This document shows positions 27,149 to 36,629 of a DNA stretch of 64,000 bases, in pieces (position 1 is the stretch's first letter; every line of letters begins with the position of its first letter). Both the position numbers and the translations under genes were made by a program. The stretch covers positions 574,514 through 638,513 of the forward strand of contig CP181398.1 in NCBI GenBank assembly GCA_047946875.1, in the 5' to 3' direction. Under the pieces are notes generated by a model. The model was not told the DNA's origin. It did no database searches and saw nothing but the letters and a program-made list of their open reading frames with translations. Source of the stretch: Candidatus Kerfeldbacteria bacterium. GTDB taxonomy: Bacteria > Patescibacteriota > Patescibacteriia > UBA10025 > JAHIVO01.

Positions 27149-27732
27149 AATGATATTACTTTAAACTCTTTAACTTGGATATTTTCTCCTAATTTAAGAA
27201 TCTTCTTTTGAATCAATTGTTCGATAGTAACTTTGTCATCTTTTAAATAAACCTGTTTGATAAAACAAACTTCTGAATAATATTTCTCAAGTTTTCCAGT
27301 AATAATATTATCCCATATCTTTTCTGGTTTTTTTTCTGCTTTCAAAAGTTCTTGAAAAACTTCTTTTTCTTTTGCAATAACCTTAGCAGGAATCTCGTCT
27401 GGTGTAATATATTTAGGATTTGTAGCTACTACTTGCATAGCAAGATCATGAGCCAACTCCTTAAATTCATCTGTATTAGCCACAAAATCACTTTCACAAG
27501 CTAAGGCAACCATAGCAGCTATTTTATTATTTGAATGCATATATGCCCCCACAACACCTTCCTTAGTAACACGATCTTGTTTTTTTGATGCAACTTTTTG
27601 ACCCTGTTTTTTCATTAGATCAATCGCCTTTTCAATATCTCCTTGAGTTTCTTCTAAAGCTTTTTTTGCTGCCATGATACCGGCACCAGTTTCTTCTCTC
27701 AATTGTTGTATTAACTTTGTATCAATTTTCAT
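27145..27732 (-). CDS. tsf: translation elongation factor Ts (short form)
   Basis: 195 aa. LREETGAGIMAAKKALEETQGDIEKAIDLMKKQG and the MVALACESDFVANTDEF block match EF-Ts. Its start overlaps the YaaT gene stop by 4 nt. Confidence 0.9.
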   Translation of the reverse strand: MKIDTKLIQQLREETGAGIMAAKKALEETQGDIEKAIDLMKKQGQKVASKKQDRVTKEGVVGAYMHSNNKIAAMVALACESDFVANTDEFKELAHDLAMQVVATNPKYITPDEIPAKVIAKEKEVFQELLKAEKKPEKIWDNIITGKLEKYYSEVCFIKQVYLKDDKVTIEQLIQKKILKLGENIQVKEFKVISL

Positions 27733-27750
27733 ATAATAATCATTTATAAT

Positions 27751-28479
27751 TTATTTACTTGGTTTTTCATCTTTTTTAGAAGCTTCTTTTTCTTTTTTCA
27801 TACTAGCCCCTTCAATAATTGCATCTTTGATAACACTTACAATCAATTTGATTGATTTTGTAGCATCATCATTCGCCGGTATCGGATAATCAACTAGCTC
27901 TGGATTTACATTTGTATCTACCATAGCGATGATTGGAATTTTTTGATTCGTTGCTTCGCGGATTGCCGTTTTTTCTTTCTTGATATCTATGACAAACAAA
28001 GCTTGAGGTTTTTTATCCATATCTTCTATTCCTCCAACCAATACTGTTAATTCCTCAATCTCTTCAGTAAATTTTAATTTTTCCCTTTTTGTATATTTAT
28101 CAAGTTCACCAGCATCTACTTGTTTTCGTAGATATTTTAGTCTCAATGATAATTTTTTGATAATGTCAAAATTGGTTAATATTCCTCCAATCCAACGTTC
28201 TGTGATAAAAGGCATTTTAACTTCTTGGGCTGCCTCTTTTATTATTGATTGAGCTTGTCTCTTAGTAGAAACAAATAAAATCTTGCCATTTTCTGAAGCA
28301 ATTTTCTTAACAAATGCAGTTGCTTCCTTTAATTTTTGATCTGTTTTTTCTAAGTCAATAATATAAAGACCCGCCCTATTTGTATGAATATAGGGTTTCA
28401 TTTTCGGATGCCAATATCTCTGTTGATGACCAAAGTGGACGCCACTCTTAAGCATCTCTAATAAGGTGATTTCTTTCAT
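27751..28479 (-). CDS. rpsB: 30S ribosomal protein S2
   Basis: LLEMLKSGVHFGHQQRYWHPKMKPYIHTNRAGLYIIDLEKT is the S2 signature. The track ORF begins at 28548. The internal ATG at 28477-28479 (MKEITLLEM...) is preceded by AGGATAAAAAGGA 10 nt upstream and is the more likely start. Confidence 0.85.
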   Translation of the reverse strand: MKEITLLEMLKSGVHFGHQQRYWHPKMKPYIHTNRAGLYIIDLEKTDQKLKEATAFVKKIASENGKILFVSTKRQAQSIIKEAAQEVKMPFITERWIGGILTNFDIIKKLSLRLKYLRKQVDAGELDKYTKREKLKFTEEIEELTVLVGGIEDMDKKPQALFVIDIKKEKTAIREATNQKIPIIAMVDTNVNPELVDYPIPANDDATKSIKLIVSVIKDAIIEGASMKKEKEASKKDEKPSK

Positions 28480-28694
28480 ATTGTTTTTCCTTTTTATCCT
28501 CTTGCTTTCTTCTACCTGATTATTAGACCTAATATTATAATTAGGCAAGGAAATCAGTCAAAAAGCATGGGTGATTAGTTATTAAAAAATCAAACTTACA
28601 TAAGTAAATTTGTGCTTATTATTCTACCATAAGTTGAAAAAAATGCAAGTCATATCAAATACCACAAAAATAGCATCTTTTCACTTAATAATCC

Positions 28695-28723
28695 TTGCTA
28701 TTATTAGATATCTCTGATATAAT
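28695..28723 (+). promoter_or_regulatory. sigma-70-like promoter for rpmE (TTGCTA - 17 nt - TATAAT)
   Basis: ttgcta at 28695-28700, a 17-nt spacer, tataat at 28718-28723, about 30 nt upstream of the rpmE ATG. Confidence 0.4.
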
Positions 28724-28755
28724 ATTTTTACATTTTTATATAATATAAATTTAAT

Positions 28756-29016
28756 ATGAAAAAAGAAATTCATCCAAAATATCATTCAAAAGCTAAGGTA
28801 GTATGTGCCTGTGGTAATAGCTTTACAACTGGTTCTACAGTAGAAGAAATTAGCGTAGAAATATGTTCTATGTGCCACCCTTTTTATACTGGTAAACAGA
28901 AAATTCTTGACGATCGAGGTCGTGTTGATAGATTCAAAAAATTAGTTGAAAGAAAAGCTGCCCATAAATCAAAAAAGGCCAAAAGAAAAGTCAAAGACAG
29001 TAAAAAAGCAAAATAA
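28756..29016 (+). CDS. rpmE: 50S ribosomal protein L31
   Basis: 86 aa. [10 protein letters not shown]...CACGNSF...[13 protein letters not shown] is the L31 zinc-ribbon signature. Confidence 0.9.
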   Translation: MKKEIHPKYHSKAKVVCACGNSFTTGSTVEEISVEICSMCHPFYTGKQKILDDRGRVDRFKKLVERKAAHKSKKAKRKVKDSKKAK

Positions 29017-29024
29017 CAAAATTT

Positions 29025-29060
29025 CCCCGATAAATACTATTTTTATTTTGGGGATTTTTT
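29025..29060 (+). terminator. putative intrinsic terminator after rpmE
   Basis: CCCC...GGGG hairpin (29025-29053) followed by ATTTTTT. Confidence 0.4.
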
Positions 29061-29068
29061 AATGCCTT

Positions 29069-30112
29069 ATGGATAATAAAATAAAAAAAATCAAAGAAGA
29101 GCATGCTCAAATAGAAAAGGATTTACAAAGTCCTGATATTTTAGGTGATGCCAATAAACTATCCAAACTTTCCAAGAAATATAATGAACTTAATGAATTC
29201 TTAGTAAGTTACACAAAATTAGAAACTGCCAAACAAAATATCACTGAGCTGAAAAAAAGTTTAGATACTGAAAAAGATAAAGAAATGATAGAACTTACCG
29301 AAGAAGAGATATCAAATCTTAGTAAATCAATTACAAAACTTGAAGATGAAGTAAATGAATATATTAACCCAGCCGACCCATTGGATAAAAAAAATATTAT
29401 TTTAGAGATTAGAGCGGGCACAGGTGGTGATGAAGCAGCGCTTTTCGCAGCTAATCTTTATAGGATGTACACCCGCTATGCAGAAGAAAGAGGTTGGAAA
29501 ATTCAAGCAATTAGTTCTAATAGGATAGGTATCGGTGGATTTAAAGAAATAATTGTCAATATTTTAGGTGACAACGTTTATAGTAAACTAAAATACGAAA
29601 GTGGCACTCACCGAGTACAACGAGTACCAGATACAGAAAAAAGTGGACGTGTACATACTTCAGCTGCCACTGTTGCAATCCTTCCTGAAGCAGAAGAAGT
29701 AGATGTTGAATTAAAACCAGAAGAACTAGATATACAAGCAACTAACTCGTCTGGCGCTGGTGGCCAATCTGTTAACACTGCCTATTCCGCTATCCGTATC
29801 GTTCATCTACCGACTAACACAGTAGTGGTCTGTCAGGATGAAAGATCACAAAAACAAAACAAAGAAAAAGCAATGCAAGTTTTACGATCTCGTATCTTAC
29901 AAGTCAGACAAGAAAAAGCTCAAAAAGAAAGATCTAATGCACGAAAAATTCAAGTTGGTACTGGCGATCGTTCAGAAAAAATAAGAACATATAACTTCCC
30001 TCAAGATAGAGTTACCGACCATAGAATAAAAAGTAATTACTCAAATATAGAGTCTATTATGGATGGTAATCTTGATCCAATAATTGATGATCTGAAAGAA
30101 GCTGATAAATAA
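29069..30112 (+). CDS. prfA: peptide chain release factor 1
   Basis: 347 aa with the GGQ motif ([10 protein letters not shown]), [17 protein letters not shown] (RF1-type tripeptide region) and [19 protein letters not shown]. Confidence 0.9.
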   Translation: MDNKIKKIKEEHAQIEKDLQSPDILGDANKLSKLSKKYNELNEFLVSYTKLETAKQNITELKKSLDTEKDKEMIELTEEEISNLSKSITKLEDEVNEYINPADPLDKKNIILEIRAGTGGDEAALFAANLYRMYTRYAEERGWKIQAISSNRIGIGGFKEIIVNILGDNVYSKLKYESGTHRVQRVPDTEKSGRVHTSAATVAILPEAEEVDVELKPEELDIQATNSSGAGGQSVNTAYSAIRIVHLPTNTVVVCQDERSQKQNKEKAMQVLRSRILQVRQEKAQKERSNARKIQVGTGDRSEKIRTYNFPQDRVTDHRIKSNYSNIESIMDGNLDPIIDDLKEADK

Positions 30113-30183
30113 TAAATAAATGTAATCATTGGTTAATATATTAATGATTTTTTTATTTATGAAAAAAATTGTATAATTAATTA

Positions 30184-31329
30184 ATGATTAACCAATTAAA
30201 TATAAAAAATAAATCGAAAATAATTTTAAAATTTATTATAATTTTATTTTTTTTATGGTTTATTACATTACAGATTGTGGCATTTGTATCAATCAACTTC
30301 ACAGATTTGGAACAACCACACTCATGGCCCAAAAAACCTTTAGAAACTTATCTTTATTGGGCTAGATGGGATTCAAAATGGTATTCCTCAATATCAACAG
30401 ATGGTTATTATCTACAGAACGGTAATTCAAATGTTACGTTTTTCCCACTCTACCCATCATTAATGAAAATTTCAAACATAATTTTTAATGTTGATTTAAT
30501 GTGGGCTGGATTTTTAATTTCTATAATTTCTATAATTTTATCCTTATATTATCTTTATAGATTAATATTAATCGATTTTGATAAATCCCATGCAAAAAAA
30601 AGCTTAGTATATTTACTCTTTTTACCCGCTGCATTTTTTTTAATTTCTACATATGCAGAATCACTATTTTTACTAGAAATTATACTTAGTTTTTATTTTG
30701 CCAGAAATAAAAAATGGTTAATAGCATCAATTTTTGCATTGTTGGCAGGTATTACAAGAATACCTGGGACCCTCTTATTCCCAGTTTTAATAATTGAATA
30801 TTTGTCACAGAATCAATATAAACTAAAAAACATTCGTATAAATTTTATTTATCTTTTTTCAATTCCTCTAGGATTAGCATCTCTGATGTTTTACTATTGG
30901 TACAAATTCAATGACGCTTTAATATTTCTCCATAACCAAACCACCTATTTACGCCACTTCACTTGGCCACACAATGTTATTAAAGGTTATTTAAACACTA
31001 TCTTCATTAACCCAAATAACGTCGCTAGTGATCTTTATTTGATATTACTTATCGATTTAACGATACTTATATTGTATTTTATTATTTTGATTATCTCATT
31101 TAAGAAACTCAGATTATCATATTCAATCTTTCTATTATTAAATTTGTTAATCCTAATATTTACGGGTACATTTTCTGGCATGAGTAGATACATACTCCCC
31201 TTATTCCCAGCTGTGATAGTTCTTGGTTTCATAAATAATAAATTTATTAGGTCATCAATACTAATTGTCCTTGGAATTACCCAAATATATTTGATTGCTA
31301 GATTTGTCAACTGGTATTGGGTTGGATAA
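30184..31329 (+). CDS. polytopic membrane protein, possibly a glycosyltransferase of the DUF2029/PIG-V-like mannosyltransferase type
   Basis: 381 aa with about 10 TM helices. The WARWDSKWYSSISTDGYY and FFPLYP motifs are reminiscent of lipid-linked mannosyltransferase families. Confidence 0.4.
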   Translation: MINQLNIKNKSKIILKFIIILFFLWFITLQIVAFVSINFTDLEQPHSWPKKPLETYLYWARWDSKWYSSISTDGYYLQNGNSNVTFFPLYPSLMKISNIIFNVDLMWAGFLISIISIILSLYYLYRLILIDFDKSHAKKSLVYLLFLPAAFFLISTYAESLFLLEIILSFYFARNKKWLIASIFALLAGITRIPGTLLFPVLIIEYLSQNQYKLKNIRINFIYLFSIPLGLASLMFYYWYKFNDALIFLHNQTTYLRHFTWPHNVIKGYLNTIFINPNNVASDLYLILLIDLTILILYFIILIISFKKLRLSYSIFLLLNLLILIFTGTFSGMSRYILPLFPAVIVLGFINNKFIRSSILIVLGITQIYLIARFVNWYWVG

Positions 31330-31346
31330 TAGAATATAATAAACAT

Positions 31347-32195
31347 ATGAATATTCAACAAGCCTTGCTAAGTGCCACAAAAAAAATAAATCGAAAACAA
31401 CCTACTTCAGCGCACCTTGATGCTGAAATACTTTTATCCTTTGTAACCAATAAACCAAAAACATACCTTCATAGCCACTTAGAAAAAAACATTACGAATG
31501 CACAAAAAAATAAATATAATAATTTAGTAAATAAACGTAAAAATGGTTCTCCTATAGCTTACCTTATAAATAATCGAGATTTTTATAGTCTAAGTTTCTA
31601 TATAAATAAAAATGTACTTATACCTAGACCAGAAACAGAAACATTAGTAGAAGAAGTAATTAAACAAGCTCGTCATTTAAAACAATCTATTGGTAAAAAC
31701 GATACTATTACTATTGTAGATATTGGCACAGGATCTGGTTGCATCTCTGTCACACTGGCTAAATATTTACCTTATGCCAAAATTATAGCTACAGATATTT
31801 CACAAAAAGCTTTGGATGTTGCCAAAAGGAATGCCAAACTTCACAAAGTACTAAACAGAATAACTTTCAAAAAAGGAAACTTACTTAAAGCGGTTACCAA
31901 ACAAACGCCACCTGATATTATAGTTTCAAATCTCCCCTACCTTACTAAGAAAGAATTATCTAATGTTCCTAAAGAACCTAAACTAGCTTTATACGGTGGC
32001 AAACTTGGATTAGAAATAATTGACGAATTATTCATTCAAATTTCTGAACTTGAAAAACAACCGATTATATTGTTAGAAATAGCCCCACATCAATTTAAAG
32101 CAATTGATTATTTTGCAGAACAAAAACTAAATAAAAAAATATCACATCCAGTCAAAGATCTAGCTGGACGCGATCGAATAGCAATCATTAAATAA
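31347..32195 (+). CDS. prmC: release factor glutamine N5-methyltransferase PrmC/HemK
   Basis: VDIGTGSGCISVTLAKYLP is the SAM motif I and IVSNLPYL is the NPPY motif. It lies directly downstream of prfA. The track ORF starts at a TTG at 31317; the ATG at 31347 is the more likely start. Confidence 0.85.
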   Translation: MNIQQALLSATKKINRKQPTSAHLDAEILLSFVTNKPKTYLHSHLEKNITNAQKNKYNNLVNKRKNGSPIAYLINNRDFYSLSFYINKNVLIPRPETETLVEEVIKQARHLKQSIGKNDTITIVDIGTGSGCISVTLAKYLPYAKIIATDISQKALDVAKRNAKLHKVLNRITFKKGNLLKAVTKQTPPDIIVSNLPYLTKKELSNVPKEPKLALYGGKLGLEIIDELFIQISELEKQPIILLEIAPHQFKAIDYFAEQKLNKKISHPVKDLAGRDRIAIIK

Positions 32196-32196
32196 A

Positions 32197-32240
32197 AAGA
32201 AGGGAACAGATATCAATCATGTCCCCTTCGAATATTTTTT
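32197..32240. terminator. bidirectional terminator between convergent prmC and the beta-barrel gene
   Basis: gaagggaacagatatcaatcatgtccccttc hairpin with T-runs on both sides. Confidence 0.45.
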
Positions 32241-32253
32241 GTACTTTCTATTT

Positions 32254-33072
32254 CTAGAATGTACAGGTCAACTCCACAAAATATTTGCTTCGTTGACCCT
32301 CAGCCAGATCCACGTATGCTTTGACAAATGAATTTGTCGCATACTTATAAGTAAATCCAACAGTAAGCTGCTCATTTCTACCAAATTCGTACATTTGGTT
32401 AAAAGAAAGAGCGTCGGTCAGGTAAGAATAGTTCCGAACAGAATACTGCTCAGTGCTATCTTTGGGTTTTGAAACGGTAAAAACCGTTTTCAATAATGGA
32501 ATCCGAAATGGCGATTCTACTACAAACCCATAGGCGGTTTTTTCTTGCCACATAGCAGAGATAAACCCGTAAGTAACCGCAACCTGAGAAAGATCACTAT
32601 GCAAAACCCGAAGAGTAAAATCAGATTTTTCAAAAAATGCGTTTACTCCGAAAGCCTTGATTATATAATTGTCATATGCCATGGCCCATCTACCAAACAA
32701 AATCTTATTTGGACCGGTCATGATATCTCCAACCGTGGAGAGAACATAACCAGCGGAGGTATTTAATTCCCCACCTAACAATGAGAAAGTCTTTTTCACA
32801 TATCCATATGACATGCTTTCACTGGCAAAGTCATATTCTATGGTGACTTGCAACTGATTCACTTGAGCCACATAAGCATCCGTACGCAATCTCATCCAAC
32901 GAAGTTTGTACTTATCAGATGTACCGTGCATATTTGCATCAACAGCTATATAGCCAGAAACATTGATGCTATCAACCTGAGTTGATTGACCACTAATTAT
33001 TCCTGCCTGTGAATTCATTGGTACTACCAACATGACGATTGCAATTACCATTAGGATAGTTGCTGTTTTCAT
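32254..33072 (-). CDS. putative outer-membrane-type beta-barrel protein
   Basis: 272 aa with a signal peptide (...NSQA). Amphipathic beta-strand-like segments are frequent, such as QLQVTIEYDF and TLRVLHSDLSQVAVTYGFISAMW. The C-terminus ...YFVELTCTF ends in Phe with alternating hydrophobics. GC content is elevated relative to the genome. Confidence 0.45.
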   Translation of the reverse strand: MKTATILMVIAIVMLVVPMNSQAGIISGQSTQVDSINVSGYIAVDANMHGTSDKYKLRWMRLRTDAYVAQVNQLQVTIEYDFASESMSYGYVKKTFSLLGGELNTSAGYVLSTVGDIMTGPNKILFGRWAMAYDNYIIKAFGVNAFFEKSDFTLRVLHSDLSQVAVTYGFISAMWQEKTAYGFVVESPFRIPLLKTVFTVSKPKDSTEQYSVRNYSYLTDALSFNQMYEFGRNEQLTVGFTYKYATNSFVKAYVDLAEGQRSKYFVELTCTF

Positions 33073-33149
33073 TAAAAACTCCTTGCCCTTTTTAGAGCTT
33101 TGTTATATTAACGATTCTTATTTTCTTATCAAAGTGCAAATAACTATTC

Positions 33150-33248
33150 AGCATACTCCCTTATGTTCAATTTGTCAAGACCTAAGGCAAGACTATTAAA
33201 ATGGCTATTTTTGAGTAAAAAAATAAGGCACAGTATTGCTACTATGCC
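33150..33248 (-). terminator. terminator + promoter module, copy 1: GNRA-loop hairpin plus U-run, then TTGACA - 17 nt - TATGCT
   Basis: Minus strand: GGCATAGTAGCAATACTGTGCC-TTATTTTTTT, then TTGACA (plus 33173-33178), a 17-nt spacer and TATGCT (plus 33150-33155). About 92% identical to the copy at 35272-35370. Confidence 0.55.
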
Positions 33249-33267
33249 TTAATATGTAATATATATA

Positions 33268-34143
33268 CTACTTTTTACCGAAAAGCGCTCTTAGATGAAG
33301 TTCATCTCCATTAAATACCCAATTAAGATTTTCTGAATCTTCAGCATAAGCCTCTTCCAGAATTTCCAAGCTACGTAATAGTCTAAAGAATTCTGGATCA
33401 GACCCATAGGCAGCGTTATAAATAGCTGTTGCCTTAGCCTCTGCTTGACCTCTAATTTGACGAGATTCTTTTTCTGCAGAAGCCATAATTTCTTTAGCCA
33501 TTCTATCAGTCTCGGAAGTAATTGTAAGTGAATCCTGATAACCTTCAGCACGATATTTCTTCGCTTTACGGCTACGTTCTTCCATCATACGACCAAAAAC
33601 TGACTTCTTGTTTTCTTCAGGCAAATCAACTCGATTCATTCTAACGATAGCGATCTCTAAACCGAATTTCTTATCCTTGACCAGCATATCACTTCTTTGT
33701 GTTATGCTGTCCATAATTAGCTGTCTATCGGTTACAACGATTTGTTCAAAATTATTACGACCAAGACGGTTTCGCATTTCTGAATATATTACTTCATCCA
33801 TGCGAGTTTGAGCATTGGCCATAGTCTGAGTATTTTTCAGATATTCAATTCCGTTTGTAATACGAAACAAACCGAACGAATCCGTCAGCAGGGTTTTCTT
33901 ATCTTTAGTGATAATTTCCCTAGGATCAGAATCGTACATTTGCCAACGCTTATCAAGTTTATGAACATCTTGGAAAGGCCAAGGAAGCTTAAAGTGTGGG
34001 CCACCCGCTTCAGTAATTTCTGTAACTGGCTTACCAAATTGCAAAACTACTGCAATTTCTTTCTCATCAACCGTAAATAAGCAAGTGCTTATCAATATCA
34101 ATGAAAGTAAAAATGATACTATTTCGAATATTAATCGTTTCAT
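33268..34143 (-). CDS. hflC: HflC (SPFH/band-7 family protease modulator)
   Basis: 291 aa with an N-terminal TM helix and an SPFH domain (AVVLQFGKPV...PHFKLPWPFQDVHKLDKRWQ). Confidence 0.8.
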   Translation of the reverse strand: MKRLIFEIVSFLLSLILISTCLFTVDEKEIAVVLQFGKPVTEITEAGGPHFKLPWPFQDVHKLDKRWQMYDSDPREIITKDKKTLLTDSFGLFRITNGIEYLKNTQTMANAQTRMDEVIYSEMRNRLGRNNFEQIVVTDRQLIMDSITQRSDMLVKDKKFGLEIAIVRMNRVDLPEENKKSVFGRMMEERSRKAKKYRAEGYQDSLTITSETDRMAKEIMASAEKESRQIRGQAEAKATAIYNAAYGSDPEFFRLLRSLEILEEAYAEDSENLNWVFNGDELHLRALFGKK

Positions 34144-34148
34144 CCTAA

Positions 34149-35150
34149 TTATCTCCCATCTGTCTTACGGTTTGTGATATCAAGAAATTCAAGTGGGCCA
34201 TTACCATTGAGAATGATCCACTGCTTACTGCCAGGTAGAATTTTTCCGAAAACTTCAAGTCTCATTCTATCCTTTGTAACCCCTGGTAACTTCTTGTACT
34301 CCTTTAACATATCCACGAACTTCGATGAATCACCTTGAGCGATGGCTATACGTTCAGCTTGAAAACCTAACGCATCCTCTACCATCTTCTTTGCCTTACC
34401 TCTAGTTTGAGGTAAAATTTCGTTTTGATATCCTTCAGCCGATCGGACTTTTTTCTGCTTATCTTCTTTGGCATTAGTGACATCTTTGAAAGCGTGCATA
34501 ACTTCCTCAGGCGGATGCGCGTCTTGCAACTGAACACCAGCAATCGATACTCCGAAATCTAAATCTGACACAAGACCAGAAGTTAGATCATGAACATTGT
34601 CCTGGATAGTAACACGACCGCTAGTAGCAACGGAATCAAATGACCCCCTACCTACCTCATACCGCATGCTAGATTGTGAAAGCATGCTAAGCGCATGTAA
34701 TGGATCTTCAAGTACAAACATCCATTTTGCAGCATCAGAAGACCTAAACTGAACAATGAAATCTAAGTCAACAATATTTGCATCTCCAGTAAGCATTAAC
34801 GCTTCTTCGTCGATATCTTGATATTCAGCCGGTGGCCCAACATCAAGAGTCCTAAAACCGATTTCTATATTCTTTACCTTAGTGACCGAAACCTCAGTAG
34901 CTTCTTCAAATGGCCACGGTAATTTGACGTGGATACCAGGCTCTTCTGTCCTGACATGTTTACCAAAACGTTGAACCACAGAATTTTCATCTTTGTCGAC
35001 TGTATACCAAAAAGTGAATAATGAAATCACAAAATACAACGCAAATGCACAATTCCATATTTTTGGTAACAGTTTTCTTTCGTTGTCGACCATACCTTCA
35101 TAAACAAATAGGTCAACAAACGACCATTTCTTTTCAGAAATTTCCGACAT
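34149..35150 (-). CDS. hflK: HflK (SPFH/band-7 family protease modulator)
   Basis: 333 aa with a TM helix, then VVQRFGKHVRTEEPGIHVKLPWPFEEATEVSV. It is paired with hflC 5 nt downstream. GC content is about 45-50%. Confidence 0.8.
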   Translation of the reverse strand: MSEISEKKWSFVDLFVYEGMVDNERKLLPKIWNCAFALYFVISLFTFWYTVDKDENSVVQRFGKHVRTEEPGIHVKLPWPFEEATEVSVTKVKNIEIGFRTLDVGPPAEYQDIDEEALMLTGDANIVDLDFIVQFRSSDAAKWMFVLEDPLHALSMLSQSSMRYEVGRGSFDSVATSGRVTIQDNVHDLTSGLVSDLDFGVSIAGVQLQDAHPPEEVMHAFKDVTNAKEDKQKKVRSAEGYQNEILPQTRGKAKKMVEDALGFQAERIAIAQGDSSKFVDMLKEYKKLPGVTKDRMRLEVFGKILPGSKQWIILNGNGPLEFLDITNRKTDGR

Positions 35151-35271
35151 ACTTACTCCAATCGTTGTTTAAATTTACGTATTTATTTCTTCAATTTTTC
35201 TCTACTTCCTCCATTAGTAGTATTATATATTTTCAATGAACATAATTATTGTTATTTTTTTATAACTAGAA

Positions 35272-35370
35272 ATATTAACATATTATTTAGTATTTGTCAA
35301 GACCTAGGACAAGGCCATTAAAATAGCTATTTTTGAGTAAAAAAATAAAGCACAGTATTGCTACTATGCT
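35272..35370 (-). terminator. terminator + promoter module, copy 2, upstream of hflK-hflC
   Basis: Hairpin agcacagtattgctactatgct plus a U-run, then TTGACA (plus 35295-35300), a 17-nt spacer and TAATAT (plus 35272-35277). Confidence 0.55.
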
Positions 35371-35411
35371 TTAATATGTATGATAGACAGCCTATTTTAG
35401 ATTAAAATATT

Positions 35412-36620
35412 TTATTCGTATAATACTTCTTGTGTTTCAGGTAAAATATGAACCCAAGTATTACCTCTATTAAACTCTAATTCATTACCATCAATATAAT
35501 AAAAATATGTCCTGTCAGTTCTTGATTCTTTTTTCCAAGTACCTTCTATAATCTCACCATCTCTTAATATCCAGGCCGGTCCAGGACCGCCAACTTGTAT
35601 TTCCAGCCTACCCTTACCACCATTCAATACAGGCTCTGGTACTATCTGAACTATGACATTCTTTATTTTAATTTGTTCACCTGTATTACTATCTAAATGT
35701 GGCTGATTAGCATTGGACCTATAATACAAATTTTCATCTTGATTGTATTGCATATCCACAAGATAAGTAGTTCCATAAGAAAAATTAAAACTTAATGTTT
35801 TGCCATCTTCTCCCCTATCTTCTAATACAGAATCTTCTTTGTATTTCCAAGATTGATAAGATGTTTCTGTATCAGCTAATTCTAAATCCCTTAAAGCAAA
35901 ATTCATTTTTTCTGAAGAGGTTACTAAATTATGTGGAGCATACTTAGAAGTATCTCGCCAAAAATATTTATTACCTCTTCCAAGCGCTTCCAAATCAATC
36001 AAATCTTTATTTTCTCCAATGATAGTTAAAGCTTGTGGGCTACCTCCTGCATGAGCATAAAGTGCTTCATATTCTGACGACCATTCCAGATAATATGGAC
36101 GAGCTGACCTTACTGGCATTATCTCAGGGATTACTTCATATGGATCGAAAATTGCCACAAACCTTGTAGCGCCACCTTCAACCAATGATTCATAAACTAC
36201 TGATGCTTGTGATAGACCACTTTGTGGACGAACAGATAATAAATTTTCTATCATTACTGCATATGGTACTAGTTTTTGATCGTCTTCATCTACGATAACT
36301 CCATCTATACTACGGCTGATTAAATAAGTTTCTACTTCTATCGTAGAAGCAGCCGATGTGTCTGTAGATATAGAAGTCTCATTATGATCAGTAAAAAATG
36401 ATAAATTTATATACATAGCTGATCCCAAGAAAGTTCCAACTGCCCACCATGCAAAAATCATGGTCAATACAAAAAATATCGTTATGTAAATAATCCAATT
36501 ACGATTTTTTGATACTTGTTGCCAAGTAGCAGTTGTATTCTTACTGCTTGTTGATGTATCTTTATTACTTTTTGTTAACTTAACCGATTTTTTATTTTTC
36601 ATTTTTAATTTTTTAGACAA
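35412..36620 (-). CDS. DUF3048 domain protein (YerB-like), paralog 1
   Basis: 402 aa with an N-terminal TM helix. VMIENLLSVRPQSGLSQASVVYESLVEGGATRFVAIF matches the DUF3048 N-terminal signature. Confidence 0.6.
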   Translation of the reverse strand: MSKKLKMKNKKSVKLTKSNKDTSTSSKNTTATWQQVSKNRNWIIYITIFFVLTMIFAWWAVGTFLGSAMYINLSFFTDHNETSISTDTSAASTIEVETYLISRSIDGVIVDEDDQKLVPYAVMIENLLSVRPQSGLSQASVVYESLVEGGATRFVAIFDPYEVIPEIMPVRSARPYYLEWSSEYEALYAHAGGSPQALTIIGENKDLIDLEALGRGNKYFWRDTSKYAPHNLVTSSEKMNFALRDLELADTETSYQSWKYKEDSVLEDRGEDGKTLSFNFSYGTTYLVDMQYNQDENLYYRSNANQPHLDSNTGEQIKIKNVIVQIVPEPVLNGGKGRLEIQVGGPGPAWILRDGEIIEGTWKKESRTDRTYFYYIDGNELEFNRGNTWVHILPETQEVLYE

Positions 36621-36629
36621 AACTCCCCT

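Noticed and set aside
27751-28548. The 23-aa N-terminal extension of rpsB in the track ORF (MPNYNIRSNNQVEESKRIKRKNN...).
   Set aside because: A good Shine-Dalgarno site (AGGATAAAAAGGA) lies inside the extension, just upstream of the internal ATG that begins the conserved S2 N-terminus (MKEITLLEMLKSGVHFGH). The shorter start is preferred.
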